Part shown: one piece after another, positions 1 through 6,922 of the stretch | Position numbering within the stretch: position 1 is the stretch's first letter | Layout: each line of letters starts with the position of its first letter | Origin: Nanobdellota archaeon | GTDB taxonomy: Archaea > Nanobdellota > Nanobdellia > Pacearchaeales > GW2011-AR1 | Reading direction: 5' to 3' | NCBI GenBank assembly: GCA_038045285.1 | Contig: JBBSYK010000021.1 | Span: 1-33,991, forward strand | Length of the DNA: 33,991 nucleotides | The notes under the pieces: model-generated | What the model was told of the DNA's origin: nothing | Databases searched by the model: none | Seen by the model: the letters and a program-made list of their open reading frames with translations, nothing else | Program-made: the position numbers and the translations under genes

Positions 1-93
1 CAAGATTATCTTATTTCAATAAGATTAGATAATATGTACGCAAAGCCGTATGAAGGCAAAGATTAAAAAGCATGTTATTTTTCTTTTGTTTAC

Positions 94-167
94 GGGGATG
101 TGGTGCAGCCTGGTTAACATCCGAGGTTTGGGACTTCGTGACCCCGGTTCAAATCCGGGCATCCCCA
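94..167 (+). tRNA. tRNA-Pro (anticodon UGG)
   Basis: Cloverleaf is readable by eye. Acceptor GGGGATG/CATCCCC; anticodon stem CGAGG/CTTCG with loop TT-TGG-GA; T-arm CCCGG-TTCAAAT-CCGGG; discriminator A. No encoded CCA and no intron. Confidence 0.85.
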
Positions 168-256
168 TTATATTAGACAGAACAATTTAAAAACCTCTTT
201 TTCAGAGATATATTTATAAGTGAAGTTGAACGTCAAGAAACCGCAGGTATCTTACT

Positions 257-484
257 ATGGGATCAAAAACAAAGAAAATTAAGTCAGCTGGAAAGTTTAG
301 TGGAGGTATTGGAGTGAGAGCTAGAAGGGAATATAATACTATAGAAACTGAACAAAGGAAAAAACAAGCATCTCCTCTGCATTCTAATGGAAAAGCAAAA
401 CGTTTAGCCTCAGGTATTTGGAAAGATGTTAAATCAGGTAGGATTTTTGCCGGACCTGCTTATATATTGAATCCTAGAAAATAA
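257..484 (+). CDS. rpl37ae: 50S ribosomal protein L37Ae (eL43), cysteine-less variant
   Basis: 75-aa basic ORF. GIWK...FAGPAY and the upstream KR-rich region fit the eL43 pattern. The positions of the canonical CxxC...CxxC read SPLH and DVKS. TATA-like TTTATAAG lies at 213-220. Confidence 0.8.
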   Translation: MGSKTKKIKSAGKFSGGIGVRARREYNTIETEQRKKQASPLHSNGKAKRLASGIWKDVKSGRIFAGPAYILNPRK

Positions 485-497
485 GATCTTTTTTAAC

Positions 498-824
498 ATG
501 ATAAAAAACAAAGTTACATTGGTCAGAGAAGGGAATAAATTTTTAATTAAAGAGCCTGGCTTTGATAATGAACTTGTATCTTTTGAAGCATATTATCTTG
601 AAATTTCTGGAAAATATCTTTTATGTTTCGAATGTACTTTTAAAGATTATTTTAGAACAGGTTCAAGAGAAAAAGATATTAGTAATGTAGTTTTTGATAT
701 TGTTGATAATTTAAGAGAAGCCAAAGTAAAATTATATGAAAAAGCTAAGATAGAATCTATAAATTTAGCTCAAGATATAAGATATGAATTTGAAGATTTA
801 ATAAATCGCGATAATCTTAAGTGA
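498..824 (+). CDS. hypothetical protein (108 aa)
   Basis: Uninterrupted ORF starting 13 nt after the rpl37ae stop, so likely co-transcribed. No motif recognised. Confidence 0.5.
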   Translation: MIKNKVTLVREGNKFLIKEPGFDNELVSFEAYYLEISGKYLLCFECTFKDYFRTGSREKDISNVVFDIVDNLREAKVKLYEKAKIESINLAQDIRYEFEDLINRDNLK

Positions 825-885
825 TATCTTTATTCCAAAAAATAATTCTGAAAATTTTATAAATACCGGAATATCTATAAAAGAG

Positions 886-1152
886 ATGGATGTTACAACA
901 AGAGAAGTTCTAGAATCAATCTTAGAAGGAGACTATTTTACTGTCTCAGGCAAAATGTCCTTGGGAGAAATTCAACTGAAGAATCCTCATCTCCCCATAA
1001 CTTCTGAAAATATAGCTCTAGAAGAGGACAGGGAGGCATTAAGTTTACTTGATAAAAATGGAATAGCTTATGAATTCCGTGTTTATCCCGCAGCAAAAAT
1101 AGCATCGGTTTATCTAAGAAATTATCCATATCTTAAAAGTAGAGTGCATTAA
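886..1152 (+). CDS. hypothetical protein (88 aa)
   Basis: ORF with its own TTTATAAA box at 856-863, 22 nt upstream of the ATG. No motif recognised. Confidence 0.5.
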   Translation: MDVTTREVLESILEGDYFTVSGKMSLGEIQLKNPHLPITSENIALEEDREALSLLDKNGIAYEFRVYPAAKIASVYLRNYPYLKSRVH

Positions 1153-1363
1153 ATAAACCTCGAAACTGTCTATAGAGGATTTTGACAAACCTCAAAAATC
1201 CTCTAAGAATTGCTTTGAAAACCATTTGAAAATAAGGGTTATTCAAAGCTCTCTATAGTGAATAAATCCATGCTTCTTTTCAATATTATAATTCTTATTT
1301 ATCTCTAATTTATACTCAGAATAAATACTGTTATTTACTAAAATATGCAACCTTTTATTCTTC

Positions 1364-1807
1364 TTAGGATTTCATACCTTTAACGATTTCAACCAAAAGA
1401 CTCTCATTTTCAGAGGTAAAAAAATGCCTTATTAGATGAAGATTATGATTCTGAAAATCCTTTGTTCCTGTTGGGAAAGGAGGAAGTAATTTACTCAAAA
1501 ATTCACTATTTGATTCATCAATAGAATAATTTCTAAGATTTTTGCTTTTAGTAAGATAAACTATAGACTCAACTCCTTGTTCAATTTGTAAAATTCTCTT
1601 ATTGTCAAGATCATAATCAGAAGGAACTATATAACTGCCAACAAGAAGTTCAGGAAAAAAGCCGACTCTATAAAGGAATATGATTGAGCCCTGCATTTCA
1701 ATTCCAGGAACGACCAACGCTTCCTTAGATTTCTTATACAATATCGGTTTCGACAGTGTGCCTAGCTTTTCTTCTTCTAATTCTACTTCAAGAACGCCTT
1801 TGTCCAT
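1364..1807 (-). CDS. hypothetical protein (147 aa)
   Basis: ORF whose ATG lies exactly 21 nt from the shared TATA box at 1829-1836. No motif recognised. Confidence 0.55.
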   Translation of the reverse strand: MDKGVLEVELEEEKLGTLSKPILYKKSKEALVVPGIEMQGSIIFLYRVGFFPELLVGSYIVPSDYDLDNKRILQIEQGVESIVYLTKSKNLRNYSIDESNSEFLSKLLPPFPTGTKDFQNHNLHLIRHFFTSENESLLVEIVKGMKS

Positions 1808-1828
1808 GTTATTGGTGTTATAATAAGG

Positions 1829-1836
1829 TTTAAAAA
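1829..1836. promoter_or_regulatory. shared central TATA box of a 50-nt divergent intergenic region
   Basis: TTTAAAAA lies exactly 21 nt from the ATG at 1807 (-) and 21 nt from the ATG at 1858 (+). Confidence 0.55.
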
Positions 1837-1857
1837 TGTTCTTTTCTCAGGATTATA

Positions 1858-1995
1858 ATGGCTCAGTATAAGTGTTTTCATTGCGGGAAACCGATAAGTT
1901 CAAAGGTATTAGAAAAGAGATTTGTTTGCCCTACTTGCGGCTCCAAGATATTTTATAAACCCCGATTGCAGATTGTAAAAATAAAAGCAGTATGA
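1858..1995 (+). CDS. rpoP: DNA-directed RNA polymerase subunit P (RpoP/Rpo12)
   Basis: 45-aa ORF below the track cutoff: MAQYKCFHCGKPISSKVLEKRFVCPTCGSKIFYKPRLQIVKIKAV. CxxC-x14-CxxC zinc ribbon with a basic tail. TTTAAAAA box 21 nt upstream. The stop overlaps the pfdB start (ATGA at 1992-1995). Sits in the conserved archaeal neighbourhood with L37Ae and prefoldin beta. Confidence 0.8.
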   Translation: MAQYKCFHCGKPISSKVLEKRFVCPTCGSKIFYKPRLQIVKIKAV

Positions 1996-2330
1996 GCCAA
2001 GAAGAAAGACAAAATAAGAAAGTTCAAGAACTTCAAATTCTTGAACAACAGAAGCAGATTTTCTTGATGGAAAAACAATCTGTACAAGTTGAACTTAATG
2101 AAGTTAATAATGCTTCTGACGAACTTAAAAAGACTGATGATGAGGTCTATAAGATTCTTGGAGGAATAATGATTAGGACTAATAAAAATGTATTAATTCA
2201 GGAATTAAATGAAAAACAGAGAGTCTTGAATATAAGAATAAGCGCCTTTGAAAAACAAGAAAAGCTTATAGAAGAAAAAATAAATAAAATCAGATCTGAA
2301 GTTGTTTCATTAATGAAAGAAGAAAAATAA
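1992..2330 (+). CDS. pfdB: prefoldin beta subunit
   Basis: 112-aa coiled-coil protein with a central VYKILGGIMIRTNK beta-hairpin region flanked by heptad-rich helices. Genomic context matches rpoP/L37Ae. Confidence 0.8.
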   Translation: MSQEERQNKKVQELQILEQQKQIFLMEKQSVQVELNEVNNASDELKKTDDEVYKILGGIMIRTNKNVLIQELNEKQRVLNIRISAFEKQEKLIEEKINKIRSEVVSLMKEEK

Positions 2331-2559
2331 TCTGTTATAAATATTTATTTTAGGATTTTTAAGTTATATTGAGTGTTTGTTAATTATTAACTGAACTTTT
2401 TATTTTAAGATTAATTTTATTAGATAAAAAGCTTTAATAATTAATTAAATTTTAGATAATTTCTTTACATAAAAAGGAGATTTAATAAAATTAGGCCTAA
2501 AATTGAATAAAATAATAAAAAGTATATCGCTTAATAGTTAATTAAAAAGCACAGCAATA

Positions 2560-2567
2560 TTTATAAA
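2560..2567 (+). promoter_or_regulatory. TATA box of sepF
   Basis: TTTATAAA followed by 21 nt and then the ATG at 2589. Confidence 0.55.
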
Positions 2568-2588
2568 CTAGTTTTGTAATGTTTTATC

Positions 2589-2966
2589 ATGGCTTTGAAT
2601 TTTAAAAAACTCTTTGGGAGAGATGAAAGCGAGGAATATGTTGAAATAGATTTAAATTCCCATGAACCATCGGAATCTAAGATTGTAGTCAAACCTTTCG
2701 TTTTAAGACAATTTGATGATATTAATGAGGTTTTAAATGCTATAAGAGAAGGATATACTATAGCTGTTCTTGATATTAAAACATTGAAATCTAAGGATGT
2801 TATTGAATTAAAAAGAGCAATAGCAAAAGTAAAGAAAACTGTTGATGCTATTGAAGGCTCTATAGCTGGATTTGGAGAGAATATTATAATTGTAACTCCG
2901 AAATTTGCTCAAATTCAAAAGGCTCCTGCGCCAAAGAAAGAAAAAACAGATTTTATTAGCAGTTAA
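2589..2966 (+). CDS. sepF: cell division protein SepF homolog (DUF552)
   Basis: The C-terminal domain VVKPFVLRQFDDINEVLNAIREGYTIAVLDIKTLKSKDVIELKRAI...GSIAGFGENIIIVTP matches the SepF fold pattern. TTTATAAA lies at 2560-2567, 21 nt upstream. Confidence 0.8.
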   Translation: MALNFKKLFGRDESEEYVEIDLNSHEPSESKIVVKPFVLRQFDDINEVLNAIREGYTIAVLDIKTLKSKDVIELKRAIAKVKKTVDAIEGSIAGFGENIIIVTPKFAQIQKAPAPKKEKTDFISS

Positions 2967-3134
2967 ATTTTAGACTTAATAGAAGAAATTAAATTATTGT
3001 TTTTTTAAACACTTAAATGATATTATCGTTTCATAGATAACTGATTAGAATGGTTTCATAGATAATAAATAAAATATTTTCTTTGGATATTTTACTTCAC
3101 TCAATGTTGATATTTCAAGTGAATTTATTTTAAA

Positions 3135-4133
3135 TTAAAGGGATTTAGCTGCTTTATCTACTGCCGATAAAACTTCATCGGCAGAAATGCTGTTTACCAG
3201 ATCATCATTGAATTGGTCGCTTTTTTCGGGAAAAAAATCATATAATTTAGGAGAAATTAATTTGGTTAGAAAACCGTATCCTTCAACTTCATCAGGACTT
3301 GTTACGAAAAACAGGGCTACTGTCTTTTTTTCCAGAGCAAGAGCAACATGGAGCGCAAAACTATCAGAGCAAACAACAACCTTGCATAAAGATATAAGTG
3401 ATGTGAATTCTCTTTTCGTATTATAAGGGTCATTTCTGTACACTCTTATTAATCTCTTTTCGAGCTGTTGAGTAAATGCTTCTATTTTTCCAAATTCATT
3501 AGGTCCTCCAAAAATTAAAATCTCATACCCTTTATCTTTTGCTTTAATAATGAATTCTTTCAATCTTTGCTCGCTCCAGACTTTTGACGGCCATCTTGAT
3601 GAAGCACCCATGTGAATTCCTATGAGTCTTTCTGAATGCAAGTAATTCATATTTTCAAACTCTTTTGCATAATTTAAGTCAGAATCTGTTAAATAAATTG
3701 GACAATATTCTCTCTGGTAACGTAAATCGGCGGCCATAAACATCATTTCCTGATAAGTTTTTTTATTATTCTTCTTTATTCCGTCATCAAAATAAGTATT
3801 AAGATAATATTCTGCTCCAACATTAAAGGGGGCAGGATATCCCTCTTTCATGTAAAAACCAAACTTTTGCTCTGCTTCTATTCTCTCTGCTAAATCGCAG
3901 GCTTCTTTCTCTAAATCAAAATTATAAAGTGCATCAAATCTTTCTTCAGGAGAAGATGGCAAAACGAATATTTTATCAATGTAAGGATTCCCTTCCATTA
4001 AGTCAGCTATGTCTCCCTTAGTTATCCATTTTATTTCAGAGTCAGAATATTTTTCTTTCAATGCCCTAGCAATAGGCATTGTTCTTAAAACATCTCCTGC
4101 AGCGCCTAATTTAATAATGCAGATTTTTTTCAT
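3135..4133 (-). CDS. glycosyltransferase family 9 (heptosyltransferase-like)
   Basis: The N-terminal KLGAAGDVLRTMPIARALKEKYSDSEIKWIT motif and about 330 aa length are typical of GT9 ADP-heptose transferases. Confidence 0.75.
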   Translation of the reverse strand: MKKICIIKLGAAGDVLRTMPIARALKEKYSDSEIKWITKGDIADLMEGNPYIDKIFVLPSSPEERFDALYNFDLEKEACDLAERIEAEQKFGFYMKEGYPAPFNVGAEYYLNTYFDDGIKKNNKKTYQEMMFMAADLRYQREYCPIYLTDSDLNYAKEFENMNYLHSERLIGIHMGASSRWPSKVWSEQRLKEFIIKAKDKGYEILIFGGPNEFGKIEAFTQQLEKRLIRVYRNDPYNTKREFTSLISLCKVVVCSDSFALHVALALEKKTVALFFVTSPDEVEGYGFLTKLISPKLYDFFPEKSDQFNDDLVNSISADEVLSAVDKAAKSL

Positions 4134-4154
4134 ATTAATTTAATTAAGATAAAG

Positions 4155-4162
4155 GTTTTAAA
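4155..4162. promoter_or_regulatory. shared central TATA box of a 50-nt divergent intergenic region
   Basis: GTTTTAAA lies 21 nt from the ATG at 4133 (-) and 21 nt from the ATG at 4184 (+). Confidence 0.55.
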
Positions 4163-4183
4163 GTTTCGCATTGACTATATAAT

Positions 4184-4594
4184 ATGAAAGTATACCTTGC
4201 AGGCAAGATATGTACGGAAAGTGAAAGAGAGCAATTAGAGCAGATTGATAAATTATGTAAATCTCTTAATTTAGAGACTTTTCTGCCGCATAGAGATGTT
4301 GGCTTTGCTAAGAATATTAAAGATGCTAATAAAATATTTAGAGGAGATATAACTGAGGGTTTTAACGATGTGTCTCTAATTATAGCCTCTCTTGATGGGC
4401 TTCATGTAGGGGCGGGAACTGCATGGGAATTGGGATATGCCTATTCCAAAGGAATTCCTGCTATTGGATTAAAGACGGATGAAAGTGTAGAAGAAGGCTT
4501 TGAATATTTGTCTTCTATTTTAATTGCATCTATGCCTATAGTATCTTCCTTGAATGAATTAAGAGAAAAAATTAGAGGGATATTGAAGATCTGA
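4184..4594 (+). CDS. nucleoside 2-deoxyribosyltransferase-like protein
   Basis: MKVYLAG... start and GTAWELGYAYSKGIPAIGL motif are typical of the NDT/PF05014-like Rossmann family. Confidence 0.55.
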   Translation: MKVYLAGKICTESEREQLEQIDKLCKSLNLETFLPHRDVGFAKNIKDANKIFRGDITEGFNDVSLIIASLDGLHVGAGTAWELGYAYSKGIPAIGLKTDESVEEGFEYLSSILIASMPIVSSLNELREKIRGILKI

Positions 4595-4604
4595 TTACGA
4601 GATA

Positions 4605-5024
4605 TTATTCGCCAATATAATGCTGTAAATCGCAGCGTAAATTCTCTTTTATACAGCTATGAGCTATACCATTATCTAGCTTAACTAAAGCACATTTTAC
4701 TAAACCTTCAAGGACTTGATTTCGTACATCCTGATAATTTCTTTCGTCTTGAGCAATATTAGACAAACGCTTTCCTGCTCTTCGCTGTCTTTCTAACAAG
4801 AAAACTGTTTCATCATTCACAAATTTTTGAAATGCCTGCCCATTATAGGAAAGATAATTATTTCTATTCTCTTCTGACTCTAAACACCATTCAGTATAAA
4901 TTTTAAAACCTATATTTTCAACGAATGTGTAGGGATCAACTTGTACATTTGGATGGTCAAGAAATCTGTAAATCGATGCTAAAGTTTCTTTATCGCGCCA
5001 CGAAGGGAAATATTGTTCTGGCAT
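4605..5024 (-). CDS. hypothetical protein (139 aa)
   Basis: ORF with a TATA-like box at 5046-5053 (inside the 3' end of the upstream GT2 gene), 21 nt from its ATG. No motif recognised. Confidence 0.5.
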   Translation of the reverse strand: MPEQYFPSWRDKETLASIYRFLDHPNVQVDPYTFVENIGFKIYTEWCLESEENRNNYLSYNGQAFQKFVNDETVFLLERQRRAGKRLSNIAQDERNYQDVRNQVLEGLVKCALVKLDNGIAHSCIKENLRCDLQHYIGE

Positions 5025-5034
5025 AACCAGAATG

Positions 5035-5985
5035 CTATAATCCTATATAAAAACCTTTGTTACTATTAATTTTAATGAAATTTAATCTATTCGTGCTTTC
5101 TGTAACAGCTTCTCCGCGCCAGCCGTCTTTATATGTCTTTTTCTTTCTTAATTCATAAAAGGCCTTCAGATAAATATAAAGGCGGACAAAATAAAGTTCA
5201 ATAACCCAGAAAAACTCTCTAAGAGATTTAGGCTGCCGAATAGCAAAAAAAGTTCCTTCTTTAATTTCATTCCAGAGAGATTTTGTTCTTGGCATATTGG
5301 GAGCAATTTTATTTAGATTTTCATGACCTTTGATATTTCTAACTTTTTGCGCCAAATAATCTTTCCAATTACCAGGATTTTTAACATATACTTCTGCCTT
5401 ATCGGCATATTCAATTCTATATCCTTTCTTCCAAAATAAATAAGGAATTATACTATCCTCTGAAGTTTCTAGAGGAAAATCTAAGATTACTGCATTTCTT
5501 ATGGCAAAAAGATAACCGGAACATTCAAAAAAATCTTTTCTATTTGCTAGTTTTTTTCTAGCTCTATCAATTCCGGCAAAAGCTATATGCGCCCAAAATC
5601 CATATTTATTATCTCTTGAATCTAAAGCAACAGGCTTTCCAGTTACACATCCAACATTTTCATCGCTAAATTTCTTTAAAATTTCTGATACAGAATTTTT
5701 GGAAACAAAAACATCTCCATCTGTTAAAATGAAAATGTCTTTTTTATTATCAGATGCATATTCTTGAAGTAAAAGATTGAGGGCATAACTTTTTCCTTCT
5801 CCAGGGTCAAGAAAGAATCTCACTCTTTTATCTTTTATGTTTTTCTTTAAATATTTTTCAACCTCTGGAAAAGGGTCAACTACTGTTATTCTAAATTCTT
5901 CTTTTATTTTTTGGTTAAGGAATGCTTTTATAGAGTTTTTTGTCGATATTGGTTCATTAAACGAAATAATAATTATATCTATCAT
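5035..5985 (-). CDS. glycosyltransferase family 2
   Basis: N-terminal IIIISFNEP beta-strand and ILTDGDVF (DxD) motifs of the GT-A fold. Start overlaps the stop of the upstream 63-aa ORF by 4 nt. Confidence 0.75.
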   Translation of the reverse strand: MIDIIIISFNEPISTKNSIKAFLNQKIKEEFRITVVDPFPEVEKYLKKNIKDKRVRFFLDPGEGKSYALNLLLQEYASDNKKDIFILTDGDVFVSKNSVSEILKKFSDENVGCVTGKPVALDSRDNKYGFWAHIAFAGIDRARKKLANRKDFFECSGYLFAIRNAVILDFPLETSEDSIIPYLFWKKGYRIEYADKAEVYVKNPGNWKDYLAQKVRNIKGHENLNKIAPNMPRTKSLWNEIKEGTFFAIRQPKSLREFFWVIELYFVRLYIYLKAFYELRKKKTYKDGWRGEAVTESTNRLNFIKINSNKGFYIGL

Positions 5986-6173
5986 TTTATTTCAACTGGG
6001 TAATCTTCTGGTCTGATAATCACAATTTTATCTCCGTTTTTCTTCTTTGCAACAATTCTAACTTTTCTAGTTCCTTGCTTTCCGATTTCTGAAATTTCTA
6101 TTTCTTCAACTTCCAGTTCTTCAGCGCCAATTATAATACAGTCTTTCTTATTGAGATCTTTTGCTTTTTTCAT
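5982..6173 (-). CDS. stand-alone aIF5A N-terminal (SH3/KOW-like) domain protein
   Basis: 63 aa. LNKKDCIIIGAEELEVEEIEISEIGKQGTRKVRIVAKK aligns by eye with the aIF5A LKxGxYVxIDGxPCxIVxxSxSKxGKHGxAKxRxVG hypusine loop. The C-terminal OB domain is absent. Confidence 0.5.
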   Translation of the reverse strand: MKKAKDLNKKDCIIIGAEELEVEEIEISEIGKQGTRKVRIVAKKKNGDKIVIIRPEDYPVEIK

Positions 6174-6197
6174 TATTTGAATTTATTATTAAGTAAA

Positions 6198-6205
6198 CTT
6201 ATAAA
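6198..6205. promoter_or_regulatory. shared TATA box of a 53-nt divergent intergenic region
   Basis: CTTATAAA lies 24 nt from the ATG at 6173 (-) and 21 nt from the ATG at 6227 (+). Confidence 0.5.
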
Positions 6206-6226
6206 TCTTATTGCTTTGCATTTTTA

Positions 6227-6922
6227 ATGAAAAGCGCTTTAATATTGTGCTCTGGAGGGATTGATAGTGTAACAACTGCATATTATGTAAAAAATATTTT
6301 AAAATATAATAACCTTGGAATTCTTTTCTTTAACTACGGTCAGAAATCCTTAAATGCGGAAAGAAAAGCATCATTATATTGTGCAAAAACCTTGAAAGCA
6401 AAATTCCAAGAAATAACACTTCCTGAATTGAAATCTTTATCTAATTCTTTAATAAATATAAATGGGAAAATCAGGAAATTAAGCAGGAAGGAGTTGAAGG
6501 ATACAAAAAAAGAAAGTAATAAATGGTACGTCCCATGCAGAAATTTAATATTCTTGGCTTATGCTCTTGCAAAAGCAGAGTCTCTTTTAATTAGAGAAAA
6601 AAATAAATATGATATTTTTATAGGGTTTAAATGTGAAGGAAAAGAAAGTTTTCCCGATACAACAATGAAGTTTGTTGAAGAGGTTAATATCCTTAGCAAA
6701 ATTTCAACAAAAGGAAAATTTAAGATTATTGCTCCACTAATTAAGAAGGATAAAGAAGACATAATTGCTTTGGGAGAGAAACTTGGCGTTGATTTTAAAG
6801 ATACTTTTAGCTGTTATGTTGGGAAAATAAGGCATTGCGGCCGGTGTCTTGCATGTATGTTAAGAAAAGAAGGATTTTACTGGGCTGGATTAAAAGATAT
6901 GACTATTTATTCTATCCGTTAA
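6227..6922 (+). CDS. queC: 7-cyano-7-deazaguanine synthase QueC
   Basis: PP-loop LCSGGIDSVT at the N-terminus and C-terminal zinc motif CGRCLACMLRKEGF. Length 231 aa. Confidence 0.85.
   Translation: MKSALILCSGGIDSVTTAYYVKNILKYNNLGILFFNYGQKSLNAERKASLYCAKTLKAKFQEITLPELKSLSNSLININGKIRKLSRKELKDTKKESNKWYVPCRNLIFLAYALAKAESLLIREKNKYDIFIGFKCEGKESFPDTTMKFVEEVNILSKISTKGKFKIIAPLIKKDKEDIIALGEKLGVDFKDTFSCYVGKIRHCGRCLACMLRKEGFYWAGLKDMTIYSIR

Noticed and set aside
1-66. Possible 3' end of a + strand gene running off the left edge (…QDYLISIRLDNMYAKPYEGKD-stop).
   Set aside because: Only 21 codons are visible with no recognisable motif, so it cannot be distinguished from chance in AT-rich sequence.
938-1129. 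Track ORFs lying antisense inside longer recognisable genes: 938-1129, 3187-3426, 6559-6762, 6835-7173, 9107-9331, 9542-9727, 10252-10464, 13653-13835, 14547-14777, 14896-15719 set, 16352-16833 set, 17742-18148 set, 20236-20952 set, 21612-21818, 22312-22572, 23029-23514 set, 23805-24438 set, 25585-26274 set, 26951-27139, 27266-27454, 29810-30130.
   Set aside because: Each is embedded in or opposite a longer ORF with clear family motifs. They have low-complexity, Phe/Leu/Ile/Ser-rich translations as expected from the antisense of AT-rich coding DNA, and they lack a correctly spaced TATA box.
2331-2588. Very AT-rich 258-nt spacer with short palindromes (GTTAATTATTAAC, TTAATTAA) as a replication origin.
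   Set aside because: No ORB-like repeated elements or adjacent cdc6/orc gene are present. The palindromes are what is expected by chance in nearly pure A/T sequence. It probably holds the pfdB terminator and the sepF promoter.
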